Positions 48,064 to 58,105 of a stretch of DNA of 64,000 nucleotides are shown piece by piece. The notes below the pieces were generated by a model. The model was given only the letters and a program-made list of their open reading frames with translations. It was not told the origin of the DNA and did no database searches. Every line of letters starts with the position of its first letter. Within the stretch, counting starts at the first letter, position 1. The position numbers were made by a program, and so were the translations under genes. Origin of the DNA: Acidobacteriota bacterium (lineage in GTDB: Bacteria; Acidobacteriota; UBA6911; RPQK01; JADFOI01); assembly GCA_963663035.1 (NCBI GenBank), contig OY760074.1, positions 288,001 to 352,000 of the forward strand, given 5' to 3'.

Positions 48064-49629
48064 TCAGGGGCTGGCCTGAATGGCGTCGGCCAGTTCCTTC
48101 CATTGCATGACACGGCCATGCCCAGGGACAATCCGATCCACTCGCCATCCCGCCTGGGTCACGGCCTCGTAGAAAGTCTTCCCCTCGGGAGGAACTCCCG
48201 GAGGCCCGCTTGGTTCTGGCACGACTTGGAACCGATCGCTCTGAATTTGGAACATATCGCTCTCGAAGATGAGTCGCTCCCCGGGCAGATAAATCGCCAG
48301 GTAACCGTTGGCATGGGAGTTGGGAATATGCATGAGCTCCACGGTCCGGGTGCCGTCTGAAATGGTTTTTCGATCGGTGACGGTCTCAATTTTGGGCTCT
48401 TGTTGGGACTGAGAGAAGCGGTCCGGTTTGAGCGTGTGGGGCAAAGTGAGAAATTCCCGAATGACAGCTTCGTTATTAGCTTGGGTGACAATCGTCGCCC
48501 CTTCGGCGGCGTAGGTGCGAATCCCTCCAGTATGGTCTGAGTGGTGGTGGGTGGTGACGAGATAGCGGATGGGCTTGTCTCCCACGGTTTCCCGGATTTG
48601 GCGAATGACCTCCTCAGATTGCACTTCGTTATTGGGTCCCTCGGCCACCAGAATGAAGTCCTCGAATTCCACCCACATGTTGTTCATGCCAAGGCCCTCC
48701 CCAAAGAACACCCCGTTGGCCAGTTCGGTTGGAACAACAGGAAGGCTGTCTGAATGAGCCAGGGACTGGGCGAGTTCTTGCAGTTTTTCCGGAATTTCAA
48801 AACGATCTTCCGGAAGGTCGCCGTTGAGAGTGATCTCAGACCATTCCATCACCTGAGTGATCTCATGCATCTCCTGGGTGACCTCGGAGAAGGGAAGCTG
48901 GATATCCCCGACCTCTCGATAGTCTGAGAAGGTGCGTTCTTTGGCTAAGTCTCCGTAGGGGTGACGATTCTCTGTGAAGTCCAGTTTGGAGACCAGGTGG
49001 GTGGTCTCATCGACGTATACTTCATAGAGGATGCCGTCGGGGAGCTGTACAGCAACCACCCGATGTGGTTGCTCCCCCAGCACGTCATCGCTCATTCCTT
49101 TGATACTGCTGTCCGCACCCAAAGCATGGACCAGGAATTTTGCAATATCGCGATCCCACTCTGCACCGTAGCTGGCCATTTGTGCGGCTTCCAGGGGTCT
49201 TAATGCCGCCCCAAAAACATCGCGGTACCCCCCCCGGTTCCAGTCCGCCATCTGAACAGCCTCCCCGGCGCCGCTCAAGTTGAGTTCTCGAGGAACGGTG
49301 AAATCGATGAGCTGTGTGTATGGACCAGGAGACCCCATGAGCAACCTCTCTGTTGTTACGTGAGCCTGTCCGAGAGAGTTTCTCTGCCTTGTCCCCTGGC
49401 GGGTGATGTTCTCAATCGCCTGCAGGGCTTGGAGCCCACCCATGGCCACGGCGGCCTCTTCTAGCACTTGCTGGCCCTCCTCCTCAATATTCTGTGAAGC
49501 GCACTGCAGCTGAAAGAGAACGATGAGGAAGAGGGGAAACAGAAAAGCGGACTGGCGGAATTTTCCTTTCGCGTATCTCATGGTTGCCCTCCCGTGTCGT
49601 TTGTCAAAAGCCATAGTTTCTTGGCTCAC
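48064..49629 (-). CDS. Exported MBL-fold metallo-hydrolase with long N-terminal domain (start may be 49581)
   Basis: THHHSDHTGG, NSH, ESD, PGHG motifs; hydrophobic leader. Confidence 0.85.
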   Translation of the reverse strand: MSQETMAFDKRHGRATMRYAKGKFRQSAFLFPLFLIVLFQLQCASQNIEEEGQQVLEEAAVAMGGLQALQAIENITRQGTRQRNSLGQAHVTTERLLMGSPGPYTQLIDFTVPRELNLSGAGEAVQMADWNRGGYRDVFGAALRPLEAAQMASYGAEWDRDIAKFLVHALGADSSIKGMSDDVLGEQPHRVVAVQLPDGILYEVYVDETTHLVSKLDFTENRHPYGDLAKERTFSDYREVGDIQLPFSEVTQEMHEITQVMEWSEITLNGDLPEDRFEIPEKLQELAQSLAHSDSLPVVPTELANGVFFGEGLGMNNMWVEFEDFILVAEGPNNEVQSEEVIRQIRETVGDKPIRYLVTTHHHSDHTGGIRTYAAEGATIVTQANNEAVIREFLTLPHTLKPDRFSQSQQEPKIETVTDRKTISDGTRTVELMHIPNSHANGYLAIYLPGERLIFESDMFQIQSDRFQVVPEPSGPPGVPPEGKTFYEAVTQAGWRVDRIVPGHGRVMQWKELADAIQASP

Positions 49630-49664
49630 GCTGGTCTCCAGGAAACTTATCCGCTCCAGGGTTC

Positions 49665-50015
49665 CCTGTCAACGGAGCCCGAAACCGCCAGACCAGGGCC
49701 AGATTCACACTTCCGGCTGGCGTGGGCCGGCCCCATCTTGAGGGTCTGCAAACCTCTCAAACCGTGGAGGGTGAGATGTGCAGCCGCGCGCGCGATCCCA
49801 ATGTTACCTGGAAGGACATTGACTGGCTGCGTTCCTTTGCTCGGGTGCCGGTCTTGCTCAAAGGAGTACTGAACGCCGCCGGTGCCGAGGGAGTGGAACG
49901 CGTCCTCAACATTCTGCGTACGGAACTGGTGATGGCCATGGGCCTGACCGGGCGAACGACCATCGATAGTATCGATCGTTCGGTGTTGCGGTCACCGCCG
50001 GAAACCTTGCTTTAG
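49665..50015 (+). pseudogene. Remnant of an FMN-dependent alpha-hydroxy-acid oxidase/dehydrogenase
   Basis: PVNGARNRQTRARFTLP, VTWKDIDWLRS..VPVLLKGV joined directly to GAEGVERVLNILRTELVMAMGLTG. N-terminus and SNHGGR segment absent. Confidence 0.8.
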
Positions 50016-50034
50016 GAGGCTTCAACCAGGCGGG

Positions 50035-51075
50035 CTAAGAGGTGGCAACCTTCGGTTGGTGCAAGGTTTTTTCTTCCAGTTCCAGATAGGGGTGAATAGC
50101 CCTTACAAGCTCCTGGAATTCTTCTGGCACAAGTGCCTGAAAGCCATCGGAAAGAGCTGTCTCGGGGCTGGGATGCACCTCCACCATGAGACCATCTGCT
50201 CCCGCGGCAATGGCTGCTTTACACATGGGCCCAATGAGTGATTTCACTCCGGTTCCGTGGGTGGGATCCGCAATAACCGGTAGATGGGACCACTCCTTCA
50301 TCAGGGCAACAGCCGACAGATCCAGAGTGTTGCGCATGGAGTCCTCAAAACTGCGAATGCCCCGTTCACACAAAATGACAGAGGGATTGCCGCTGCTTAA
50401 GATATATTCTGCGGACATCAGGGTTTCCTTAATAGTACACATCATCCCCCGTTTCAGGAGTATGGGACGAGTGACCTTGCCAAGCTTTTTGAGCAAGGCA
50501 AAGTTTTGCATATTGCGGGCCCCTACCTGCATCACATCGGCGTATTCTGCCACCAGTTCCACATTTTCCGAAGAGAGGATCTCCGTGACAATCGGGAGTC
50601 CCGTTTCCTGGCGAGCCTTGGCAAGGAGCTCTAAACCTTCCTTCTCGAGTCCCTGAAAACTGTAGGGTGAGGTTCTCGGTTTAAAGGCTCCTCCCCGCAG
50701 CAAATTGGCCCCTGACTTTTTGACTGCCCGGGCAGCTTCAATGATCTGCTTTTCGCTCTCCACTGAGCAGGGGCCTGCAATCAAGGCGAAGCCTCCTTTG
50801 CCTATCTGAACATTGCTGACCTCGATGACTGTCTGTTCCCTGCGCATTTCGCGGGAGGCCAGCTTGAAAGGTTTGAGGATAGGGATGACGTTTTCCACCC
50901 CCTCGACGCTAACCAGTTTTTCCAGAAGACGCTTGCCGCGTTCGTCTCCAATGGCCCCGATGACAGTGCGCTCGACTCCATGAATCGGATGAGGCTCGTA
51001 GCCCAGCTCCTTAATCCGATCCATGACATGCTTAATTTTTTTGGGCGAAGCCCCGGCCTGCATCACTATGATCAT
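50035..51075 (-). CDS. aroF: 3-deoxy-7-phosphoheptulonate (DAHP) synthase, class I-beta with N-terminal regulatory domain
   Basis: [50 protein letters not shown]. Confidence 0.95.
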   Translation of the reverse strand: MIIVMQAGASPKKIKHVMDRIKELGYEPHPIHGVERTVIGAIGDERGKRLLEKLVSVEGVENVIPILKPFKLASREMRREQTVIEVSNVQIGKGGFALIAGPCSVESEKQIIEAARAVKKSGANLLRGGAFKPRTSPYSFQGLEKEGLELLAKARQETGLPIVTEILSSENVELVAEYADVMQVGARNMQNFALLKKLGKVTRPILLKRGMMCTIKETLMSAEYILSSGNPSVILCERGIRSFEDSMRNTLDLSAVALMKEWSHLPVIADPTHGTGVKSLIGPMCKAAIAAGADGLMVEVHPSPETALSDGFQALVPEEFQELVRAIHPYLELEEKTLHQPKVATS

Positions 51076-51087
51076 GTCAAACTCTCC

Positions 51088-52047
51088 TTACTCTTCCTCG
51101 GGAGCCACGGATTTCTGAAAGGTGATGACCGTGTCAACGATGCCGATTTCGACCCGGCGATTCTTTGCTCGCGCTTCTTCGCTGCTTCCAGTTATCAGTG
51201 GTCTGGACTTGCCGAAGCCCTCGGTGGTGATCATCTCCGGGGTAATTCCGTTATCGGCCAGGTAGTCTCGGACACTCAGGGCACGCCTTTTGGAGAGCTC
51301 CAGATTGTATTCTTCAGAACCGATGCTGTCGGTGTGACCATACACGTAGATCCCGTAATCCTTGGAGGTCAGCAAAATACCGACGATTCTACTCAGCAGT
51401 TCCCGATTCTCCGGCGTGAGAGTTGCCTTGTCGAACTCGAACTGCATGGAGTCACTTCCTAGAGTCATGACCAGTCCCAGGGCGGTTCTACGGGTTTTTC
51501 CAATCCGGTTCAAAGCCGTCTGTAAGCGGTTCAGCTCATCGTCTCGTTCCTTGCGGATGCGCTCGGCTTCCTCTTGGGCAAGCCGTGCTTCCTCTTGGGC
51601 AAGCCCTACTTCTTCCTGGGCGAATCTGGCCTTTTCCTGAGCGAATTGTGCCTCTTCCTGAGCCAGCTTTGCGTCCTGGTTCGCTCTCTGGGCTTCCTCT
51701 CGAGCCTGCTCAGCTGTCTCCTGGGCTGCCGCTTGTTCCGCCTCTGCCTGATCCCTGCCGCGGGCTGCCTCCAGGGCGCTCTCCTCGGCCCGGGATGCTT
51801 GTGTGCTGGAGGCTTCCGCTTTCTCTGCCACGACTTCGAGTTCCTCGATCGCTCCTTCCACTTGCTGGCTGAGATCGGCAACTTGCTGGTTGAGCTCGGT
51901 GAGGCGGTTCAAAAAGAGGTATCCCATGATTCCCAGGATGGTTAGCCCACATAGCATCAACAGCAAAGTACCCCAGAGAGGGAACCTTCTGCTTTTCTCT
52001 GAAGCTAGCTCTTTGGCTGATTTGGGAGGTTCACGGAAGAAGGACAT
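51088..52047 (-). CDS. OmpA/MotB-like peptidoglycan-binding protein with TM anchor and coiled coil
   Basis: FEFDKATL, GHTDSIGSEEYNLELSKRRA, NRRVEI; AQEEARL-type heptads. Confidence 0.9.
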   Translation of the reverse strand: MSFFREPPKSAKELASEKSRRFPLWGTLLLMLCGLTILGIMGYLFLNRLTELNQQVADLSQQVEGAIEELEVVAEKAEASSTQASRAEESALEAARGRDQAEAEQAAAQETAEQAREEAQRANQDAKLAQEEAQFAQEKARFAQEEVGLAQEEARLAQEEAERIRKERDDELNRLQTALNRIGKTRRTALGLVMTLGSDSMQFEFDKATLTPENRELLSRIVGILLTSKDYGIYVYGHTDSIGSEEYNLELSKRRALSVRDYLADNGITPEMITTEGFGKSRPLITGSSEEARAKNRRVEIGIVDTVITFQKSVAPEEE

Positions 52048-52058
52048 GACTCGTATTG

Positions 52059-52096
52059 TAGCGCACTTGCGGGCCTCGAGGGCCGCAAGTGCGCTA
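52059..52096. terminator. 14-bp stem hairpin (terminator or RNA stabiliser)
   Basis: TAGCGCACTTGCGG-N10-CCGCAAGTGCGCTA between two co-oriented genes; no clear U-tract. Confidence 0.45.
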
Positions 52097-52108
52097 TGAC
52101 ATCCGCCT

Positions 52109-54103
52109 TCAGTTGGAGTTAGCGTAAATCTCGGCTAGAGACTTGCCCAGGTTCACGATATCCTCATCCTCAAAACTGTAAGCGGGCCCGACAGCCTCGA
52201 TTCCGAAGTCCCTCGCCAGTGGCTCCTGCAGCGCTATGAGTTTGCCACCCAGCATGGTCATCAGGGGACGGATTTTCAGAATGTCATCGATCGGAACGGT
52301 GAAGTAATCTCGGTCGATAATCAGCAGATCGGCGAATTTCCCTACCTCCAGCGTACCCAGCTGATCTGGCTTGGTGACATACTCAGCTGCCCAGGAGGTC
52401 CACATCTTTATGGCGTGTATCCTGTCTATTCTTTCTTCCGGCTGCCAGACCTGCCCATCGAACTTTCGGGTGATGGCCTGCCACAGTTGGAAGAAAGGAG
52501 GCTGGAACCCTGTTCCCACGCCGCCCTCGCCGCCGCCTGAGGCTCCACCCCCGTAGTGCTGTCCGACCACCTTCACGCCCGAGTCGATCCAGGTCTTAAG
52601 CGGAAGTATAAAATCGTTCATTTGTGGGCCGTAGTCCTTGATCCAGGAAGGGGACTCACTGATGAGATCGGGGCCGCAGCTCAATATGATCCCGTAGTCC
52701 TTCAGCTTCTGGATGATATCGGGTTGCTTTCCGATGACATCACAATGCTCCGTTGTCATCTGCAGGTCACGGATTTCCTCCATCGTCATCCCATTGGCAG
52801 CCCGCGCTTCGTCAATCATTCTGAAGTAAGCTCGAGCGCTTTCGCTGCCGCACATATGGACTCCTGCCAACCGCCATCCCGCCGTGAGGGCATTTTCCAG
52901 CACGTCCCAAGGCAGATCGCCCGGCTTCGGGCAGACTTCCCGCTCCTTGATGTGGGGTGGAGCCTGGGTATCCGGACCCGTACAGGATTCCGGATAGATC
53001 GAGTCCCAGCGCTCGGAAGCAACTCCGTCAATCCAAAAGTAATCATCGCCAATACCCTGCAGCACACCGGTGCGACGGTAGATTTGCCGGGTTTGCTCAG
53101 GCTCGGTGGGCATGCGGTGCACTTCATAGTGAGCGGACAAACGAATCGGCATTTGGCCCAGCCCAGCCAGGGTGGAATAGCCCGTCATCACTTTCGGAAA
53201 AGGAATGCGGGTGGACACGGTCGTGATTCCGAGAGCGGCGAACTGCTCCGAAGTGAGCTTCAGTGCCTCGGCCAGAGTTGCCGCTGGCAGCTGCGCAAGA
53301 AACAGTTCCCAGGTAATGACAGACATCTCCTGGCTGCCCACCCAGCCGATTTCGGGAATGTCCTCGCCGATATCATCTCCGTGCATGGTTTCGTGAATGG
53401 AGGCCGAGTATCCGGGGAGGAACTCGTTCATGACCTCCAAGGCCCTGGAGTTCAGGTTGCCCCTTAACCCTGGGTTCACCAGAACCGGGTTTTCCGGCGT
53501 CCACAGGTCGATGGTCCTGCGGTTGATCAAGCGCCGGGTGAAACCCCAAAAGCGAGATTCGTCCGGAGCTTCCGGGTGACCGCGCAAGTTCAGCACGATC
53601 CACTCGCCCGGATTGACTTTCTTCACCGCCTCTTGAAGGGTATCTCGGATTATGGCTTGGGTTTGTTCCAGGTCTCGTTCGGCCCCAGCCGTAACAATAA
53701 TCCCATTGGGAGGGTATTTGAAGCCGAATCGTTCCAGATATCGGGTTGCGCCGCCGTAAATGTGCATGTGGGTTTCAATGATTCCCGGGAGCAGAGTCCG
53801 CCCCTTCAGGTCATGGATTTGAGTATCAGGTCCTGACAGGGCCCTCACCTCCTGATCCCTCCCCAGTTTCATGATCTTATCGCCCTTGACCGCGATGGCC
53901 TGGTAGATGCTTCCAACCTGAGTCGAGGTGGACTTGTCGTCCATACTGACGATCTTGCCATTGACAAAAATCGTATCGGCGTACCCGAAACTGGCGACTT
54001 CCGGCGGGAGCTGAGCCAAAGAGTCGGTGCCAGCAACCAGGAAAAATACGACCATACCCAGGGAACAAGCGACCGCTTTACTCATGGATGGATGAATTCT
54101 CAT
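52109..54103 (-). CDS. Secreted amidohydrolase_3 family protein, paralog B
   Basis: ADTIFVNGKIVSMD, PGIIETHMH, GTLEVGKFADLLIIDRDY; start at ATG 54103 behind AAAGGAG. Confidence 0.85.
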   Translation of the reverse strand: MRIHPSMSKAVACSLGMVVFFLVAGTDSLAQLPPEVASFGYADTIFVNGKIVSMDDKSTSTQVGSIYQAIAVKGDKIMKLGRDQEVRALSGPDTQIHDLKGRTLLPGIIETHMHIYGGATRYLERFGFKYPPNGIIVTAGAERDLEQTQAIIRDTLQEAVKKVNPGEWIVLNLRGHPEAPDESRFWGFTRRLINRRTIDLWTPENPVLVNPGLRGNLNSRALEVMNEFLPGYSASIHETMHGDDIGEDIPEIGWVGSQEMSVITWELFLAQLPAATLAEALKLTSEQFAALGITTVSTRIPFPKVMTGYSTLAGLGQMPIRLSAHYEVHRMPTEPEQTRQIYRRTGVLQGIGDDYFWIDGVASERWDSIYPESCTGPDTQAPPHIKEREVCPKPGDLPWDVLENALTAGWRLAGVHMCGSESARAYFRMIDEARAANGMTMEEIRDLQMTTEHCDVIGKQPDIIQKLKDYGIILSCGPDLISESPSWIKDYGPQMNDFILPLKTWIDSGVKVVGQHYGGGASGGGEGGVGTGFQPPFFQLWQAITRKFDGQVWQPEERIDRIHAIKMWTSWAAEYVTKPDQLGTLEVGKFADLLIIDRDYFTVPIDDILKIRPLMTMLGGKLIALQEPLARDFGIEAVGPAYSFEDEDIVNLGKSLAEIYANSN

Positions 54104-54119
54104 GATGTCTCCTTTGTTC

Positions 54120-54794
54120 TTAATACCAATCAAGAATTTTGACCTAAATACCAGGAGCAGTCACCGCCTCTTTAAATGCGTCTAAGTCAGAGTCCCCATA
54201 GTGATAGGGATAAACAACTTTAGGCCTGAAGGTATTGACACACTCTGCTGCTTCCTGGGGTGTCATCGTGGAAGGGAGATTCATGCAAACAAGTGCGACG
54301 TCGATGTCCTGGAGTTGCTTCATCTCCGGAATGCATTCCGTATCTCCGGAAAGATAGATCCGCTCGCTCCCAAACGACAGGATGTAGCCGTTTCCCCTTC
54401 CTTTCGTGTGATAAAGCTGTCCCGGCTGTGGCCCGCGCTGGAGGTTATACATGGCAATCGCTTCGATTTGAACACCGATCACCTCAGTCGTTTCACCGTT
54501 GTTCAGAATCCTGGCTTCAGTGACCGTTTTCTGAACTTCAGCCGGTGCGATGATCACCGTGTCTGATTTCCGCACTTTGGCGATCTGCTCTGGATCCATA
54601 TGATCTCCATGAACGTCGGTGATCAGGATCAGGTCAGCAGGAGGAAGATTCTGGTAATCTCCTTGGCTCCAGGGATCCACATAGATGGTCTTGTTCTGCC
54701 AGCGGAGAACAACTGAGCCGTGGGTGATCGGGGTAATCTCCACCTGGCCTTCAGTGGGTAAGAAAAGAAGGGAAAGGAGCAAGAAAAAGTTCAT
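54120..54794 (-). CDS. MBL-fold metal-dependent hydrolase (UlaG/beta-lactamase-like), with an in-frame TAG near the C-terminus
   Basis: TDVHGDHMD, SGDTE, PYHY. TAG at 54144-54146 is followed in frame by VKILDWY-TAA. Confidence 0.85.
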
Positions 54795-54917
54795 GATTAT
54801 TCTCCTTGAGAACTGAGAAACTCTTATTGTACGGTGATAACCTTACCACCTTCCTGCCGGAATTTGAAGGTACAAAAACCATCTCCTGAGGATGTGAGAA
54901 GATGAGGTTGAAAGCAG

Positions 54918-55892
54918 ATGTTGATTGCATCGCTGCTGGCAGCAGTCATGCTGGCATACGCCAACGGAGCCAATGACAATTTCAAAGGGGTGGCCACTCT
55001 TTTCGGAAGTCAAACCTCGGATTACCGGCGTGCCTTGATTTGGGCATGCGGGACCACGCTGGCCGGGTCGCTGACTGCCGCCTGGGTTGCGGGGGAGCTT
55101 TTATACAGATTTTCGGGCCGGGGCCTGGTTCCCGATGCCATTGCCGCTTCCCCCTCATTCTCTGCCTCAGTCGGACTAGCAGCGGCAGTCACAGTCCTGC
55201 TCGCCTCCTATCTGGGGCTTCCTGTTTCAACCACACATGCCTTGACGGGAGCACTGGTGGGCGCTGGTTTGGTGCATGCAGCCAGAGAAGTTGCTTTCTC
55301 CCAGCTGGGCACTGCCTTTCTTGCTCCACTGCTCCTCAGTCCGTTGCTGGCAATGATCTGCTCGGCGGGAATCTATCGAATCTTCAGAGGGCAGAACGAG
55401 GCAGGGGATTTCCGGGGCGTCCCAAAAGCTAAGGTACTGGACAAACTTCATTACCTGAGTGCAGGAACGGTTGGGTTTGCGCGAGGACTGAATGACACAC
55501 CTAAAATTGCCGCTCTTCTGGTCACCAGCAGCACCCTATTACCCGTCACCCGCTATGGACTGATAGCTGTGTTTATTGCCGTGGGAGGTTGGTTATCAGC
55601 ACGTCCAGTGGCGGAAACCTTGAGTCATAAAGTGACCTCCATGACTCCAGGTCAAGGTTTCTCAGCTAATCTGGTGACCTCAGTGTTGGTTATGTTTGCC
55701 TCTGCACTGGGGATGCCTGTCTCGACAACCCACGTGAGTGTGGGTTCCTTGTTTGGAATTGGGCTCTTGTCAGGCAGTGCCAATAAACGCGTGATTGTCT
55801 CCATTTTGTCTTCCTGGGTGGGAACGTTGCCTCTGGCAGCAGCCATCGCGGGAGTTCTCTGCTGGGCCCTCATGTCCCTTTCCATGACATAA
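54918..55892 (+). CDS. PiT family inorganic phosphate/anion transporter
   Basis: NGANDN, GLPVSTTH, GLNDTPK, GMPVSTTH. Confidence 0.9.
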   Translation: MLIASLLAAVMLAYANGANDNFKGVATLFGSQTSDYRRALIWACGTTLAGSLTAAWVAGELLYRFSGRGLVPDAIAASPSFSASVGLAAAVTVLLASYLGLPVSTTHALTGALVGAGLVHAAREVAFSQLGTAFLAPLLLSPLLAMICSAGIYRIFRGQNEAGDFRGVPKAKVLDKLHYLSAGTVGFARGLNDTPKIAALLVTSSTLLPVTRYGLIAVFIAVGGWLSARPVAETLSHKVTSMTPGQGFSANLVTSVLVMFASALGMPVSTTHVSVGSLFGIGLLSGSANKRVIVSILSSWVGTLPLAAAIAGVLCWALMSLSMT

Positions 55893-55948
55893 TTTTGGAA
55901 TAAAAACCCCTCCTTTTGACATTTCTATTAGTTGAAAGGGAGGCTTTT

Positions 55949-56701
55949 ATGAGTACGGCACAGGTTCGATGTGAGGAGCTCGTGAGCGTGGACCGAGTTT
56001 GGCACTTGAGACAGTCTGGCCTTTTGGATGGGCTCGCACTCTCTGATCTCAATGCTGTCCTGTCCGCTTGTAGGGACCGGATCTACCCAAAGGGAGATCT
56101 TGTTTTCCATCAAGGCGATCCTGTCGATTCACTGTTTATCCTGAATCGCGGATGCGTCAGGATTTCAGTTGTCAGTCCCCAGAATCGGGAGAAGATACTA
56201 GGTCTCTATACGGCTGGTATTCTGGGAGAAAACGTACTGGGTCCCAACCAAAGTTTTCAGGCGCAGGCGACAGCACACGAGGAATCCTGGGTATCGATCA
56301 TTTCCCGCGATCAATTTGCTATTCTTATTCAACAACGGGTGCCCATCGCGCTGAATTATGCGAGGATTTTGAGCCAGAGGCTGCTGGAAGCTCAAGAAGA
56401 TATCAAGGCTCACAGTTTTCTTGACACCGAGCACCGACTTGGAAAATTGCTTCTCAAGGTGGCTGAGAGACATGGTCAGCCCCTTCTCAGGAATGAGGCC
56501 GTGGTCAAGCTCAAGATTGCACTATCTCATGAGCACCTGGCTCAATTGGTTGGCGGAAATCGACCCCATGTGTCCATGATTATGTCGAAATTTAAAAGGC
56601 AGGGGTGGATCGCATACCAGGGACGAAAGCTCCTCATCCATCGGGAAGCAATGGAAGATTCGCTGCAAGGTCCCGATAATGGTTTGCCATCTCCTGAATG
56701 A
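55949..56701 (+). CDS. Crp/Fnr family transcriptional regulator
   Basis: cNMP domain (VFHQGDP, LGE) and HTH LSHEHLAQLVGGNRPHVS; GGGAGG RBS. Confidence 0.9.
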   Translation: MSTAQVRCEELVSVDRVWHLRQSGLLDGLALSDLNAVLSACRDRIYPKGDLVFHQGDPVDSLFILNRGCVRISVVSPQNREKILGLYTAGILGENVLGPNQSFQAQATAHEESWVSIISRDQFAILIQQRVPIALNYARILSQRLLEAQEDIKAHSFLDTEHRLGKLLLKVAERHGQPLLRNEAVVKLKIALSHEHLAQLVGGNRPHVSMIMSKFKRQGWIAYQGRKLLIHREAMEDSLQGPDNGLPSPE

Positions 56702-57251
56702 CGAAAACGTGAAGCTGCATCGGAATCGAAGAGAAAAGGCCCAGTTTCTTGAGGAGGCGTTACCCCATATGGGATCTCTCTATCGAGTCTCTTTGAATAT
56801 GACAAAACAAGTTGATCAGGCCGAGGATCTGGTACAGGAGACTTTCCAGGAAGCTTGGAAATCCTTCCATCGCTACTCACCCGGTACCGACTGTAAGGCC
56901 TGGTTGTTCCGGATCATGTTTCGACTTCGGAACAAACAAGCACGGCTGGCACGGTGGTGGAAACCAGTGGATATCGATTCGATTCCCGAAGGGCGATTGG
57001 CGGTGGAACCCGATTTTGAACAAAACATTGAACGTCAAGAGGTGTTGAGAATTCTTCGATCCCTGCCGGAGCATTACCAAGTGGTGTTGATTTTGGCAGA
57101 CATGGAAGAGTTTCGGTATTCTGAGATTGCTCAGATGCTGAAACTTCCGATCGGGACGGTCATGTCGCGTTTGAACCGGGCACGTAGCCTTTTTCGTCAG
57201 AAATTCTTACAAGAACCGAGGGACAGTCAAAGTGCCAATGAAAGTGCCTAA
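56679..57251 (+). CDS. ECF RNA polymerase sigma factor
   Basis: AEDLVQETF, KAWLFRI, YSEIAQMLKLPIGTVMSRLNRAR. Confidence 0.92.
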   Translation: MVCHLLNDENVKLHRNRREKAQFLEEALPHMGSLYRVSLNMTKQVDQAEDLVQETFQEAWKSFHRYSPGTDCKAWLFRIMFRLRNKQARLARWWKPVDIDSIPEGRLAVEPDFEQNIERQEVLRILRSLPEHYQVVLILADMEEFRYSEIAQMLKLPIGTVMSRLNRARSLFRQKFLQEPRDSQSANESA

Positions 57252-57260
57252 GGAGAAGAT

Positions 57261-58082
57261 ATGAGAGAGGTCAGTGTGTTTGAATCAAAAGACTGTGGGC
57301 GTATTCAGAAGTTATTGGATCACTTTCTGGCTGGAGAGTTGACGGTTGAAACCAACCAGGAAATTCTGTTGCACCTGGAGAACTGTTCGACCTGCCGACA
57401 GGAGGAAAAGTCACGACTGGAAGCACGTCGGGTCTTGAGCAAAGGCTGGGTCTCCCAGCCGATTCCGCCTGACCTCGAGGATAAGATCGTCAAGGGTCTG
57501 GAAGCCAAACAGGGCCCGCTACCGGCATCCCTCCTGCGGGCGGCTGGGTTCTTCCTCATGGTCCTCGGCCTGGGTGCAGCACTCTTGTTCTTCCCCTGGC
57601 TGGGCGAGAACGGTGGAACCCTCCTGGCAGGCAGCCATTATGATCAGATCGTGGGTGACCATTTACACTGTTCTGGGCACCCGACTCCTGCGGAATCCGT
57701 CATGCCATTGGATTCTGTTCAGCCCAGTCTGGAGGCGGCTCTCCATGAGATGGGTGAGTCCTATCAGCTGGTGGCGATAAGACTCTGCCGGATTGGAGAA
57801 GTTGCACTCATTCACTATGTGTTCGAGGGCGAAGGCCGGAGCATGTCTCTGCTCCTGGAAGAGAAGTCGAATCTCCAACACCTGGCTCTTCAGGGAGATG
57901 AACCTGAAAGAGTTTTGGACGGCATGAAAGTCATCCTTCTGGAGGAAGATCAAGCCCTCATTACACTGGCCGGACTGGAGACCTCAGACTACTTTGTCTA
58001 CCTGGTCAGTGAGGAAGAGGAGCCGGGACAGACCTTTCAACTGGCTGAAGAGCTCATTCCATCCTTGAAAGCCGCCCTCTGA
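57261..58082 (+). CDS. Zinc-binding anti-sigma factor (zf-HC2) with TM and periplasmic domain
   Basis: HLENCSTC (HxxxCxxC), TM helix, directly follows the ECF sigma gene. Confidence 0.85.
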   Translation: MREVSVFESKDCGRIQKLLDHFLAGELTVETNQEILLHLENCSTCRQEEKSRLEARRVLSKGWVSQPIPPDLEDKIVKGLEAKQGPLPASLLRAAGFFLMVLGLGAALLFFPWLGENGGTLLAGSHYDQIVGDHLHCSGHPTPAESVMPLDSVQPSLEAALHEMGESYQLVAIRLCRIGEVALIHYVFEGEGRSMSLLLEEKSNLQHLALQGDEPERVLDGMKVILLEEDQALITLAGLETSDYFVYLVSEEEEPGQTFQLAEELIPSLKAAL

Positions 58083-58105
58083 TAACGGCTGAGGTATCTG
58101 ATTCC

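Noticed and set aside
54144-54146. Genome-wide TAG recoding or pyrrolysine
   Set aside because: TAG ends many intact genes in the window at their expected C-termini; no pyl genes seen.
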